A stretch of 58,900 nucleotides of DNA from Candidatus Nanoarchaeia archaeon (GTDB lineage Archaea > Nanobdellota > Nanobdellia > Woesearchaeales > SM23-78). Below are positions 8,819 through 18,477 of the stretch, piece by piece. Within the stretch, counting starts at the first letter, position 1; every line of letters starts with the position of its first letter. The notes under the pieces are model-generated. The model searched no databases, was not told the DNA's origin, and saw only the letters and a program-made list of their open reading frames with translations. The stretch is taken from contig JBGOZE010000001.1 of the NCBI GenBank assembly GCA_041479965.1, forward strand, positions 1 through 58,900, in the 5' to 3' direction. A program made the position numbers and the translations under genes.

Positions 8819-10357
8819 GTGGACGATATCAAGGAGCTCGTAGGCAAGCTGCATCCGCTTGAGAGAAAAATCATTCCTGTTCTTAGGCACACCAATGTCT
8901 TTTCTGAGATGGTGAAGAAGAGCGAGCTCAAGGAAGTAGAGGTGATGCGTGCCCTGCAATGGCTCCAGAGCAAAGAAGTGCTCAAGATCAATGAGAATGT
9001 GAGAGAAGTAATCCTTCTTGGAGAGAACGGTAAAAAAGCATTGCGGCACGGCCTGCCAGAAAAGCTTTTCCTAGAGAGCATCAAGAGCAAAGCCAAACTG
9101 CTCGACAAGATAAGAAAAGAGACAAAACTATCACTCCAAGAGATGAGCGCGTGCATCGGCCTGTTCAAGGGAAAAGCAACTATCCATATCAGCCCAGACA
9201 AGGTCATCACCATCACAGAACACGGCAGAAAACTTTTTGAGCAAGAGACCCTGGAAGAATCCCTTCTCAAAAAAATATCATCTGAGGAAGTTGATGCCAG
9301 CCAACTCAAGGACGAGGAAAGGTTTGCCTTTGAGAGCCTGAAAAAGCGAAAGGATATGGTAAGGACTTCTCTGAAAAAGGAATGGTTCGTCATCCTCACA
9401 GATATTGGGAAAAAACTCTTGACAGCCAACATAAGTGCTGATAAGGTGATAGAAAAGCTCACACCAGCCATGCTAAGAGCAGGCTCATGGAAGAACAAGG
9501 AGTTCAGGACATATGACATCAAGGCAAAAGTGCCGGGAATCGCAAGAGGCAAAAGACATTTTGTCAACCAAGCCATCCAATCAGCAAAAAGCATCTGGCT
9601 CGAGATGGGATTCAAGGAGATGACAGGCACCGTGGTCCAGACCTCTTTCTGGAACTTTGATGCATTGTTCACAGCACAGGACCATCCTGTGAGAGATATG
9701 CAGGACACTTTCTTCATCAAAAACCCTAAGCAAGGGAAACTTCCTGAAAAAGATTTTGTGAATACAGTGAAAAAAACACATGAGGATGGCTGGACAACAG
9801 GCAGCACTGGCTGGCAATACAAGTGGAACGAGGAAGAGGCAAAGAAGAATGTCTTGAGGACTCATACGACCTGCCTGTCAGCACATACCCTGGCAAACCT
9901 CAAGAAAGAAGACCTTCCTGCCAAGTTCTTTGCTGTCGGCAGGTGCTTCAGGAATGAGACCATTGACTGGGCCCACCTGTTTGAATTCAATCAGACAGAA
10001 GGGATTGTTGTGGACAAGGACGCCAACTTCAGGCATCTGCTAGGCTATCTGAAGCAGTTCTTCAAGAAGATGGGCTATGAAAAAGCAAGGTTCAGACCTG
10101 CCTATTTCCCCTATACTGAATTCAGCATCGAGATTGACATCTTCCATCCTGTGCACAAGAAATGGGTGGAGCTTGGCGGAGCCGGCATCTTCAGGCCAGA
10201 AGTGGTCAAGCCCTTGCTAGGCATTGATGTGCCTGTGCTCGCCTGGGGACCTGGTTTTGACAGGATGATCATGGAATTTTTCAAGATCAACGACATAAGA
10301 GAGCTCTACAAGAATGATCTGAAGCAGCTCAGGGAAATAAAGGAGTGGATGAGGTAA
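8819..10357 (+). CDS. pheS: Phenylalanine--tRNA ligase alpha subunit
   Basis: Class II core: FRNETIDWAHLFEFNQTEG, PAYFPYTEFSIEIDIF, ELGGAGIFRPEV, AWGPGFDRM. GTG start at 8819. Confidence 0.93.
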   Translation: MDDIKELVGKLHPLERKIIPVLRHTNVFSEMVKKSELKEVEVMRALQWLQSKEVLKINENVREVILLGENGKKALRHGLPEKLFLESIKSKAKLLDKIRKETKLSLQEMSACIGLFKGKATIHISPDKVITITEHGRKLFEQETLEESLLKKISSEEVDASQLKDEERFAFESLKKRKDMVRTSLKKEWFVILTDIGKKLLTANISADKVIEKLTPAMLRAGSWKNKEFRTYDIKAKVPGIARGKRHFVNQAIQSAKSIWLEMGFKEMTGTVVQTSFWNFDALFTAQDHPVRDMQDTFFIKNPKQGKLPEKDFVNTVKKTHEDGWTTGSTGWQYKWNEEEAKKNVLRTHTTCLSAHTLANLKKEDLPAKFFAVGRCFRNETIDWAHLFEFNQTEGIVVDKDANFRHLLGYLKQFFKKMGYEKARFRPAYFPYTEFSIEIDIFHPVHKKWVELGGAGIFRPEVVKPLLGIDVPVLAWGPGFDRMIMEFFKINDIRELYKNDLKQLREIKEWMR

Positions 10358-10361
10358 GGGA

Positions 10362-12044
10362 ATGCCGACTGTCAATTTGAACAAGGCTGTGCTTGAAAAG
10401 CTTGTGGGAAAAAAGCTTGAGCTTGAAGAGCTCAAGGACAGGATAAGCATGCTGGGCACGGACTTGGAGAGAATCGAGGGCAACGAGATTATCGTAGAAG
10501 TATTCCCTAACAGGCCTGACATGCTCTCTGAGCAAGGCTTTGCCCGCGCATTGTCTTCGTTCATAGGCGTGAAGACAGGATTGCGTAAGTACAATGTAAA
10601 AAAAGGCGGAAAGGATTACCGAGTGATCATAGAAGAACCTGTGAAGAAAGTCAGGCCTTACACTGCCTGCGCCATTGTAAAGAACCTGAAGTTTGACGAT
10701 GAGAAGATACGCGAGGTCATCCAGCTGCAGGAAAAGCTGCACGTGACCTTAGGTAGGAACAGGAAAAAGCTCGCCATAGGCATCTATCCTCTTGAAGAGA
10801 TAAAGCTTCCGATAACCTATACTGCAAAAAAACCTCATGACATCAAGTTCCGGCCTTTGGAATGCGAAAAGGAAATGACTGGTCTCGAGATATTGCAGAA
10901 GCATCCTGCAGGAAAAGAATATGCTCATCTGCTTGAAGGCAAAGAGCTCTTCCCGGTATTCATTGATGCGAACAAGGAGATATTATCCTTGCCCCCGATA
11001 ATCAATTCCCATAGGACCGGGAAAGTGACTGAGAAAACTCGCGAGGTTTTCATTGAATGCAGCGGCTTTGACATGAATGCCTTGAACCAATGCCTTAATA
11101 TAATTGTGACGTCGCTAGCAGACATGGGCGGAGAGCTCTATGAGATGCAGCTAGAATTTGACAATGATAAGAAGAAAATCACGACTCCGAACATGGAACC
11201 CTCAGCATGGGACCTTGATGCCAAGTATGTGAATAAAATGTTAGGTCTGGATTTGTCTGAAAGCGAAATCAAGAAGCTGCTTGAGAAGATGGGATATGGC
11301 TATGATAACAGGAAAGTGCTTGTGCCTGCTTACAGGGCAGACATCCTTCATCAGATAGACCTGGCAGAGGACATCGCCATCGCCTATGGCTATGAGAACT
11401 TTGAGCCGAGCATACCTAATGTTTCGACCATTGGAGAGGAAGATGAATTCGGGATATTTATATCAAGGATAGCGAACATCCTTGTGGGGCTTAGATTGAT
11501 AGAGACCAGCTCCTATGACCTAACCAATAAGCAGAACAATAATTCAAAGATGCTCTTGGATTCAGAGATTGTAGAACTTGAGAATGCACTCACTCAGGAA
11601 TACACGGCCTTAAGGAGTTGGCTCATCCCGAGCCTGATGCAAATATTGGGCGAAAATACCAACAGGGAATATCCTCAGAACATATTCGAGATGGGCAATA
11701 CCTTCATTCTTAACAAAAGCAATGAGACTGGTGTTGAGGAAAGTTACAAGCTTGCGATTGCTCTTTGCGATGCAGACACTGATTTCACCAGGATAAAGCA
11801 GGTCCTGGATGCTCTGATGAACGCCATGGAGCTTGACTATGAGGTAAAAGCTGCAGAGCATAGCTCTTTCACCACTGGCAGGACTGCCAAGATTCTGTCT
11901 GCAAAAACAGAAGTTGCGATAATGGGCGAGATACACCCGCAGGTGTTGACGAATTTCAACCTGGTCACCCCAGTCTCCGCACTGGAGCTTGATCTGAAAC
12001 AGCTTTTTCAGCTTTATTGGTTATCCAAAAGCAAAAACAAATAA
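10362..12044 (+). CDS. pheT: Phenylalanine--tRNA ligase beta subunit (archaeal type)
   Basis: MPTVNLNKAVLEKLVGK...EVFPNRPDMLSEQGFARAL is an archaeal PheT B3/4 N-terminus. Lies 4 nt downstream of pheS. Confidence 0.92.
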   Translation: MPTVNLNKAVLEKLVGKKLELEELKDRISMLGTDLERIEGNEIIVEVFPNRPDMLSEQGFARALSSFIGVKTGLRKYNVKKGGKDYRVIIEEPVKKVRPYTACAIVKNLKFDDEKIREVIQLQEKLHVTLGRNRKKLAIGIYPLEEIKLPITYTAKKPHDIKFRPLECEKEMTGLEILQKHPAGKEYAHLLEGKELFPVFIDANKEILSLPPIINSHRTGKVTEKTREVFIECSGFDMNALNQCLNIIVTSLADMGGELYEMQLEFDNDKKKITTPNMEPSAWDLDAKYVNKMLGLDLSESEIKKLLEKMGYGYDNRKVLVPAYRADILHQIDLAEDIAIAYGYENFEPSIPNVSTIGEEDEFGIFISRIANILVGLRLIETSSYDLTNKQNNNSKMLLDSEIVELENALTQEYTALRSWLIPSLMQILGENTNREYPQNIFEMGNTFILNKSNETGVEESYKLAIALCDADTDFTRIKQVLDALMNAMELDYEVKAAEHSSFTTGRTAKILSAKTEVAIMGEIHPQVLTNFNLVTPVSALELDLKQLFQLYWLSKSKNK

Positions 12045-12135
12045 AGGGAGAATAACGAAGAAAAAAAGAATAAAAAAGAGAAAGCATATCAATGCATAAA
12101 AACTTATAGAATGTAGAATAATGAAGGTGAGTTCC

Positions 12136-12696
12136 ATGGGAAGACGATTACAAATCGCAGTTCTGGGAAGCAGCAAGGAAATCTGCACCAAGAACGCTTA
12201 TGAGCTTGCTGAAAAAGTGGGTAAGGAGATAGCCAAGCTAGGGGCCATCACAGTCACTGGCGGAGGCCATGGGGTGATGGAAGCTGCGATGAAAGGAGCA
12301 AAAAAATATGAGGGGTTGACCTTAGGTATCCTCCCCTGGGAAAAGATGGAGCATTACAACAAGTACTGCGATGTGATTGTCGCCACAGGCATCGGCTGGT
12401 CAAGGGACGCCATCAACCTCAACAGTTGCGACGGAGCCATCATTGTAGGCGGAGGAGCAGGCACCCTCAACGAAGCAACCTATGCCTATATCGAAGACAT
12501 ACCCATTGTCGCCCTCACCAGCAGCGGAGGCCTGGCCAAATCACTCTCAGGCATCTATTTCGACGTGAGAAAAACAGAGAGAGTCATCGGCGCCAAGACT
12601 CCTGTGGAAGCTGTCTTGAAGCTTATTGATGAGATTGAAAAGAAAAAAATCAATTCAAAAAGGCCAGGACTTCGGAAAAGGAAGCTGGATTACTGA
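12136..12696 (+). CDS. TIGR00725/LOG-like Rossmann-fold protein
   Basis: IAVLGSS...VTGGGHGVMEAAMKGA...GILP...GIGWSRDAINLNSCDGAIIVGGGAGTLNE is the LOG/TIGR00725 pattern. GGTGA SD precedes the ATG at 12136. The track ORF starts 5 codons earlier at 12121. Confidence 0.65.
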   Translation: MGRRLQIAVLGSSKEICTKNAYELAEKVGKEIAKLGAITVTGGGHGVMEAAMKGAKKYEGLTLGILPWEKMEHYNKYCDVIVATGIGWSRDAINLNSCDGAIIVGGGAGTLNEATYAYIEDIPIVALTSSGGLAKSLSGIYFDVRKTERVIGAKTPVEAVLKLIDEIEKKKINSKRPGLRKRKLDY

Positions 12697-12756
12697 GCAT
12701 AAAAAATTAAAATACGAACAGAAAAATAAAAAAACTAAGAAAAAAATTGTCAATGT

Positions 12757-13161
12757 TTAGGCCTGAACTTTTTCTTTTTGCTCTGCCTTGCCTTCTTTCT
12801 GCACTTCTTTTTTCTGAGCTGTTTTGGCAGGCTTGGATTTTGCCTTAACTTCCTTGACAGGCTTTTTCTTTCGCATCCTTCTAGGCCTCTCAGTCTTGGC
12901 CTTGGCTATCTCGGTCTTAGGTTTCTTCTCCTCGATCTCGATGCCGAGTTCCTTCAATACTCGCACGACCTCTGGCGCTGGCGCCTCTTTGGTCATTTCC
13001 ACAGTCTGGCTTAGGGGCTCAAGGTGCTTTATGTTGCACTTTCTCCTCCTGGTCTGACCATCGATTAGCACAAAGTGGCTGTCTATGATGTCAATTATGA
13101 CGCACTTCTTGCCTGCGTCCCTTCCTGTCAGCTTCACACATACTCTTCCGATTTCGAACAT
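12757..13161 (-). CDS. rpl14e: 50S ribosomal protein L14e with a Lys-rich C-terminal tail
   Basis: MFEIGRVCVKLTGRDAGKKCVIIDIIDSHFVLIDGQTRRRKCNIKHLEP is the KOW-type L14e signature. Confidence 0.9.
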   Translation of the reverse strand: MFEIGRVCVKLTGRDAGKKCVIIDIIDSHFVLIDGQTRRRKCNIKHLEPLSQTVEMTKEAPAPEVVRVLKELGIEIEEKKPKTEIAKAKTERPRRMRKKKPVKEVKAKSKPAKTAQKKEVQKEGKAEQKEKVQA

Positions 13162-13300
13162 TTTTCTACCTCTGAAACATATATGTTTTCTTATATTGAA
13201 TCTGATTATGGTCGCTGGAGTATCCTAAGATTTCCTTGGTTTTTGTCGCCAAAAACCTCGTGGATACGAGTGAATATGAAATTGTGTCAGTTAGGATTGA

Positions 13301-13576
13301 TTACTGTGAAGCTGCTCTTGCCTCTTGCTTCAGCTTTTCTTTCAGGCAAGTAGCGCAGAGAAATCCGCCGTAAATCCTTTGAGTTCTCTTCTTGCTCTTA
13401 GGGGCGTTCCTTGATTGGAAAGGTCTTAGCCTAGAGATGCCTTTCAGCTCGATGCGACACAGGGCGCACCTAGCAACTCCTGGTTTTCTCTTATCATAAA
13501 CCAGCTTGGTGCTTCCTCCGGGCATTTTCTTGTGCACTCTTCTAAGGCTTCTTGACCTTCGGCTTAATCTTGGCAT
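13301..13576 (-). CDS. rpl34e: 50S ribosomal protein L34e
   Basis: MPRLSRRSRSLRRVHKKMPGGSTKLVYDKRKPGVARCALC is an L34e N-terminus. Confidence 0.9.
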   Translation of the reverse strand: MPRLSRRSRSLRRVHKKMPGGSTKLVYDKRKPGVARCALCRIELKGISRLRPFQSRNAPKSKKRTQRIYGGFLCATCLKEKLKQEARAASQ

Positions 13577-13641
13577 GTGATTACCTCTGATTATTTTTGA
13601 TATCTTTGAATCCGTGTTTTCTCCTCGAGAACAAACCTCTA

Positions 13642-13649
13642 TTTATAAA
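13642..13649 (-). promoter_or_regulatory. Candidate TATA box for rpl34e-rpl14e
   Basis: Palindromic TTTATAAA about 66 nt upstream of the rpl34e ATG, inside a 142-nt gap after the DUF106 gene. Confidence 0.35.
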
Positions 13650-13718
13650 GGTTGCGGATAGGAAATTTAAGAGAGACAGATGATTCTATTACCTGCTTGC
13701 CATTACATGCGGGCAGTC

Positions 13719-14558
13719 TTAATAGACTTTCAAGATTTTCCTTATGCCGATGCTGAACAGCAGGCTTAAGAGTATGTATGTCCAGAGCCAGCTAGGCGCC
13801 CATCCGAGTACAGGTATGGTGCCGACGGGATAGATTTTCTGGTTCTCGATGACAATTTTTTTCAGCTTAGAATCAGTGACGCTCTTCTCAGGATTCTCAT
13901 ATCTTCGCTCAGAGCTAATGGTGAGTGGCTTGTCGTGCTGCTCATTATTGTAATCAATGGTCAGCTTGTATTCTCCTTCCTCTCCTTTCAAAGTCCAAGT
14001 AGCCTTCTCATATCTTGTTTTGAAAAGGAACCATCCCTCTATGACGCTCTCGTTTATCTGTTGGGTGCTGCCACCGATTATCTCTAGTTCAGGGATGCTT
14101 TGGATACTCGCAGAAGGAACATGCCCTTCAGAGAAGTAGGCGCTTACCTTGAAAGGCTGGCCTGGCATGATTGGCTCGTAGGCTAGGTGGGAGCTGAGCC
14201 AGCTGAATATCAATAACAAGGGAATGATGGTATAAAGGGTCGAGCGAAAGCTGTGTTTCATGTACTCTGTGTTGCCCTTTAGGGCTTGCTGCTGCATAGC
14301 CATCATCTTTTCAGGGCTTTCTTTGCTGAGGGCCTTGATTTTTTTCTGATACTCCTTCATCTCCTCCTTGAGCTTCTTCATCTTCTTCTGATCTGTCGTG
14401 AACTTGTAGACTAAAGTGGTCACTAAAGTCAGGACAAAAGATATTAGAAGGATTGCCCAGAACGAGGGGATCTTTAGTAGAAATATGTTTTCAAAAACCA
14501 TGGTATCACTCCACCCCCTTTGTTGGGTTGTGTCTTTGTTTATGTCTTTTTGATTCAA
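13719..14558 (-). CDS. DUF106/EMC3/YidC-like membrane insertase homolog with a large loop insertion
   Basis: LLISFVLTLVTTLVYKFTTDQKKMKKLKEEMKEYQKKIK...YMKHSFRSTLYTIIPLLLIFSWL matches the DUF106 TM1, coiled-coil and TM2 pattern. About 120 aa of extra soluble sequence precede the last TM. ATGA start/stop overlap with secY; the alternative start MVFENIF is at 14501. Confidence 0.75.
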   Translation of the reverse strand: MNQKDINKDTTQQRGWSDTMVFENIFLLKIPSFWAILLISFVLTLVTTLVYKFTTDQKKMKKLKEEMKEYQKKIKALSKESPEKMMAMQQQALKGNTEYMKHSFRSTLYTIIPLLLIFSWLSSHLAYEPIMPGQPFKVSAYFSEGHVPSASIQSIPELEIIGGSTQQINESVIEGWFLFKTRYEKATWTLKGEEGEYKLTIDYNNEQHDKPLTISSERRYENPEKSVTDSKLKKIVIENQKIYPVGTIPVLGWAPSWLWTYILLSLLFSIGIRKILKVY

Positions 14559-15922
14559 CCAGTCATGAACTTTCTCATCATCGGGTTCATGTCCATCATG
14601 TGATGCTGGGCAATGTCCTCGTAAAGGCGATATACGATCATGACTGTAAGCAGTATTCCTGTTCCGGTTCCAAAGGCACCTGATATATCAGCAATCGCAG
14701 CGAGCAGCCCGACTGCCAAGCCGCCTAGCACTGTCAACGGCCAGATGTACCTGTTAAGCATCCTTTCAAGCACACGCACATCTTTCCTGAAGCCAGGAAT
14801 CTGAAGCCCTGAATTAATCATCTGATTGGCCTGAGACCTAGCATCAAGGCCAGAGGTTTGCACCCAAAAAATGCCGAATATCATGGCGCCTATCATCATA
14901 AAAGCAATATATATCAAGGCATGCCAGATGTCTGCTAAAGCCACGGAATGAGTTATGAGCTTGTTCAGTATCTGCGGCCCATAAAGCCATGATGCTAAGC
15001 CACTCACCGGTGTGTTGCCTGAAAATGTCCCCAAAATAGGATGCCCCCATTTGTACAACAGGCTTGCGAATAGTTGTACATTAGCTATGAGTGCAGCTAC
15101 AAGTATGACTGGAATGTTGCTGGTGTAGAAGAACTGCAAAGGCCATCTCACTCCATACCCTCTTACTCGTCCAAAACTAAGAGGCACTTCTACTCTCATA
15201 GCTTGGGCATATACTACTGCCATGAACACCACGATGGTAGCGACGATTGCCGCAAACATCAAACCCGCAGTCACAGGGTCTCCTGCGCTTAATGACTGAA
15301 TAAAGGCAGGCACTGCTCCTGTTGCCATTCCAGGGTTATTCGGGCTTGGAAGCGGATTGAATAACTTGATGAAGATGGTCTGAGATACTCCTGCTGCTAT
15401 GAACAGGCTTATTCCTGAGCCAAAGCCCCACTTGCTCACCACTTCATCCATGAACATTATCATTAATCCGCCAAGGAATAACTGGAAGATAAGTATGAAG
15501 GCAGATATGCCTTCAGAAGGCCTGAGCCCTCCCATCTGCACATAGATGAATCCTTCGAAGAATATGAAGAAGATGGACAACAACTTCTGTATTCCTTGGA
15601 ATCTTCTCTTTCCTTCGTGGCTTGTCAAATCAAATTTGACTAGGCCAGAGCCATTCAGCAACTGCAGAACGATTGAAGCTGTAACAATCGGGCCTATTCC
15701 GAGGCTTATGATGCTTCCGAAGCTTGCACCCAGGATGACGGAGAAGAATTCAAATTGGCGGAGAGCATTAGTCCCCAGTCCGTATAATGGGACCAACCCC
15801 AGGATAAAAAACAATATCAGAATTATGAGGGTCCATTTCAGTTTTTCCTTGAAAGCTAGCTTTTTCTGGGTCGGAGCCTGCACTTCTGGAAGATTGTAGA
15901 GTATGTTTTCAAAAAAACTCAT
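14555..15922 (-). CDS. secY: Preprotein translocase subunit SecY
   Basis: Ten-TM SecY pattern (FFSVILGASFGSIISLGIGPIVTASIVLQLL, MFMDEVVSKWGFGSGISLFIAAGV, YTSNIPVILVAALI). The ATG at 15922 is preceded by GGTGGTGAGAGG. The track ORF begins at a GTG at 15937. Confidence 0.95.
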   Translation of the reverse strand: MSFFENILYNLPEVQAPTQKKLAFKEKLKWTLIILILFFILGLVPLYGLGTNALRQFEFFSVILGASFGSIISLGIGPIVTASIVLQLLNGSGLVKFDLTSHEGKRRFQGIQKLLSIFFIFFEGFIYVQMGGLRPSEGISAFILIFQLFLGGLMIMFMDEVVSKWGFGSGISLFIAAGVSQTIFIKLFNPLPSPNNPGMATGAVPAFIQSLSAGDPVTAGLMFAAIVATIVVFMAVVYAQAMRVEVPLSFGRVRGYGVRWPLQFFYTSNIPVILVAALIANVQLFASLLYKWGHPILGTFSGNTPVSGLASWLYGPQILNKLITHSVALADIWHALIYIAFMMIGAMIFGIFWVQTSGLDARSQANQMINSGLQIPGFRKDVRVLERMLNRYIWPLTVLGGLAVGLLAAIADISGAFGTGTGILLTVMIVYRLYEDIAQHHMMDMNPMMRKFMTG

Positions 15923-15968
15923 TTGGCCTCTCACCACCCGTCTAGCTCAAAACAAAAAAAATTTCTCT

Positions 15969-16511
15969 TTACTTTGCTTTCTCTTCTTTCTCTTCTTCCT
16001 CGTCTTCGCCTTCCTCAGCTGCCTCTTCTTTCTTCTTTGGCTTTTCAGCTTTCTTCTTCTCTTTCTTGACAATGGTCTTCAAGACCTTTACTTCTCCACC
16101 TGCTTCCTTGATCTTTTCCACAGCATTCTTTGAAGCGAAGTCAGTGATAATGAAAAGCTTTTCCTTGACTTCTCCGGTGCCGAGCAGCTTATCGTAGCCT
16201 GCTTTTTTCAGCTCAAGCTCATAGCCCTTTGGGCCTTTGAAAGCAAATCCTTTCTCCACCCATTTAATGAGGTTAAAATTAATATCCTCAAGGTTAATAG
16301 CTTGCATCTTCATCCTGCTTTTAGATGTGAAGCCAAACCTGCCTGTGGGCTCTTTCCAGTAGCTAGGCTTTTTAGTGTCTGCTCTCTTACCAGTTCCTGC
16401 ACGCCCCCTGCCGCCACGGTTGCCAGCTCCTTTGTGATGGGATTGGCCTCTACCATAGCCATGATAGGTGCTTGCTCTTTTCTTGGTGACTTTTTTCTTT
16501 TTGAAACGCAT
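15969..16511 (-). CDS. rpl15: 50S ribosomal protein L15 (uL15) with an acidic/Lys-rich tail
   Basis: HGYGRGQSHHKGAGNRGGRGRAGTGKR is the uL15 signature. Confidence 0.93.
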   Translation of the reverse strand: MRFKKKKVTKKRASTYHGYGRGQSHHKGAGNRGGRGRAGTGKRADTKKPSYWKEPTGRFGFTSKSRMKMQAINLEDINFNLIKWVEKGFAFKGPKGYELELKKAGYDKLLGTGEVKEKLFIITDFASKNAVEKIKEAGGEVKVLKTIVKKEKKKAEKPKKKEEAAEEGEDEEEEKEEKAK

Positions 16512-16525
16512 AAAACATCAACTCT

Positions 16526-17047
16526 CTAAAGCATTCTCCTTATCAAATCATTTATCTTGGCTCCCCTATTGCCTAGTGCGCCTCCATTGCTAAAAGGTGT
16601 CTTGATTCCTTTCCTGTCAAAGCCTCCTCTGGGCGGGTGAAGGGCAAAGAATTTCTTTAATGAGCCATCCTCGTTCCTCTTCCCCCTCTTCTCCACCAGC
16701 AACTGGTAGGTTGCGTCATCAATCTCCCCGTAAGCTATATAATCCTTGCACTTAACAGCAGCAGCCCTGAGGCTTGGAGTGTCTGCTATGACTACACAAG
16801 TGTTTTTTTTCCTTAACCTCAAAGTGAAAAGAGTCCTTATGATATCTTCCTTTGCACGGATAACTCCTCTGATGAGTATCAAGGCGAGCCTCTTGCCGAG
16901 CTTTATCGCTGGTGTTCCAGGAGATGTTTTAGCAGGAACCTGAGTTGCAGCTAAAACTGAAGTGACGACAAGCTTTTTTGCGCCCGCATTCATAAGGCTC
17001 TTTCCAGCTTGTTCCTTTTTTTGTTCTGGTAAATTGTTATTCATCAT
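16526..17047 (-). CDS. rpl30: 50S ribosomal protein L30 (uL30)
   Basis: LALILIRGVIRAKEDIIRTLFTLRLRKKNTCVV...YIAYGEID matches L30P/L7. It has an N-terminal extension of about 40 aa. Confidence 0.9.
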   Translation of the reverse strand: MMNNNLPEQKKEQAGKSLMNAGAKKLVVTSVLAATQVPAKTSPGTPAIKLGKRLALILIRGVIRAKEDIIRTLFTLRLRKKNTCVVIADTPSLRAAAVKCKDYIAYGEIDDATYQLLVEKRGKRNEDGSLKKFFALHPPRGGFDRKGIKTPFSNGGALGNRGAKINDLIRRML

Positions 17048-17913
17048 AATGCCTCATTCTTTGCTTGTTTTGCATTTTCTTCAGACGACTCTTTTTCTGC
17101 GTTCTCTTTCTCACTTTGAACGCTGCCTTCTACAATGGCAAGAGTCTTTAAGTGCTCTGGTTGTATCTTGGTCTGCATCAATTTTCTCAAGGCGTCTTCG
17201 CAAGCATAAACAAAGTTGACTCTGTTCCTGGTCTGACCTCTGGTCTTGGTCCAGACGTCCTTGATTCCTGCGAGAGCAAGTACCTTGGCGATATCAGGTT
17301 CTGCGCATAATCCTTTTCCTTTTGGCGCAGGCATGAATTTTATCTCTACTGAGCCGCACTTACCGTACACATTGAAAGGTAATGAATGAGGTTTTCCGCA
17401 GTTGCACTGCCATGAGCCGCATCCTCTCCTGATCTTGAATATGTTGAGCTTGGCTTTCCTTATGGCCTTTTCTCTTGCAGGCACAGTCTCCTTTGATTTC
17501 CCAAGACCGAGCCCTATGTGCCCATTCCTGTCCCCTACAACTGCGAGGGCTGAGAATTTGGGCTTGTTGCCTTCCATGGTTTTTTTCTGGGTCTGACGGA
17601 ATATTCTCCTTGATCCGCCTCCAAACTTACCTTTGGACTGACCTATCATGAGGAAGTCTTGTTCCACGCTCAGCAGAGCATCAACAATCTCCGGCTCCAT
17701 TATCCTCAAGGAATTGTCCAATATCTCATCGATGCTTAGGATTTCCCTGTTCTTCACTTTACCTCCTAGCTCGGTCTTATTAGCCCAGGTTGAAAGGTCA
17801 ATTGGTTTCTGGGTTGTTGCTGCGCCTAGCGAAGCCTTTTTTGTGGCACGCTTAATCATCACTCTACCTTTAGGTGCTTCCTCTCTTGTTTTTCTTCTTT
17901 CCATAATCATCAA
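17044..17913 (-). CDS. rps5: 30S ribosomal protein S5 (uS5)
   Basis: VVGDRNGHIGLGLGKSKETVPAREKAIRKAK...GKCGSVEIKFMPAPKGKGL...GIKDVWTKTRGQTRN. Confidence 0.95.
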   Translation of the reverse strand: MMIMERRKTREEAPKGRVMIKRATKKASLGAATTQKPIDLSTWANKTELGGKVKNREILSIDEILDNSLRIMEPEIVDALLSVEQDFLMIGQSKGKFGGGSRRIFRQTQKKTMEGNKPKFSALAVVGDRNGHIGLGLGKSKETVPAREKAIRKAKLNIFKIRRGCGSWQCNCGKPHSLPFNVYGKCGSVEIKFMPAPKGKGLCAEPDIAKVLALAGIKDVWTKTRGQTRNRVNFVYACEDALRKLMQTKIQPEHLKTLAIVEGSVQSEKENAEKESSEENAKQAKNEAL

Positions 17914-18470
17914 CCACTCATTATTTTTTTCTTCACTAGCTCAAAGTCCTGGCTCATCTTTGCAAGATCCAGATTATTCTTCTTATAGGCTGAGAATTGG
18001 TTCTCAGATTTGTTAATGGAAAAAAATGCGGTAATGCTCTTGCCTGATAATCTATCTGAAGGAGGAAATACTTCTTCTGATGCGGGTATGCTCATTCCCG
18101 CATCTATTGCTCCTTTGAGGGCAGCATAGATTTTGGATCCTACAACGGGAGTCTGAAGTCCAATATCAAGCACTGCCTCTTTTACTTTTTTGGCGAGAGC
18201 TTTCTTGCCTAGCAAAAGGCCTGCAAGGTAGCAGGCAGGCAGGTTTTTGCATGAATATTTCCATCCTAGCTTAGCGAGAGCATTGGATTTCACGCCGCAT
18301 ACTATCTTGTCCCCTTGAATAGAGTATTCTGCTATCTGGATGATCATCTGCTTATTGGTTTTCCTCATGATTATCCTTCTTGTGTTGCTTTTCAGCAGGG
18401 CGAGTCTTTTCTTGTAATTGGTTCTTCCTTCTCTTTTCCTGCGGAAAGGTATGACTTTCTTTTTTGCCAT
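17910..18470 (-). CDS. rpl18: 50S ribosomal protein L18 (uL18)
   Basis: FRRKREGRTNYKKRLALLKS...RKTNKQMIIQI. Confidence 0.93.
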   Translation of the reverse strand: MAKKKVIPFRRKREGRTNYKKRLALLKSNTRRIIMRKTNKQMIIQIAEYSIQGDKIVCGVKSNALAKLGWKYSCKNLPACYLAGLLLGKKALAKKVKEAVLDIGLQTPVVGSKIYAALKGAIDAGMSIPASEEVFPPSDRLSGKSITAFFSINKSENQFSAYKKNNLDLAKMSQDFELVKKKIMSG

Positions 18471-18477
18471 TTATTAT

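Noticed and set aside
8797-9822. 341-aa ORF antisense to pheS
   Set aside because: It lies entirely inside a confidently identified conserved gene on the other strand and has low-complexity Ser/Leu/Phe-rich composition, typical of the reverse complement of K/E-rich coding DNA.
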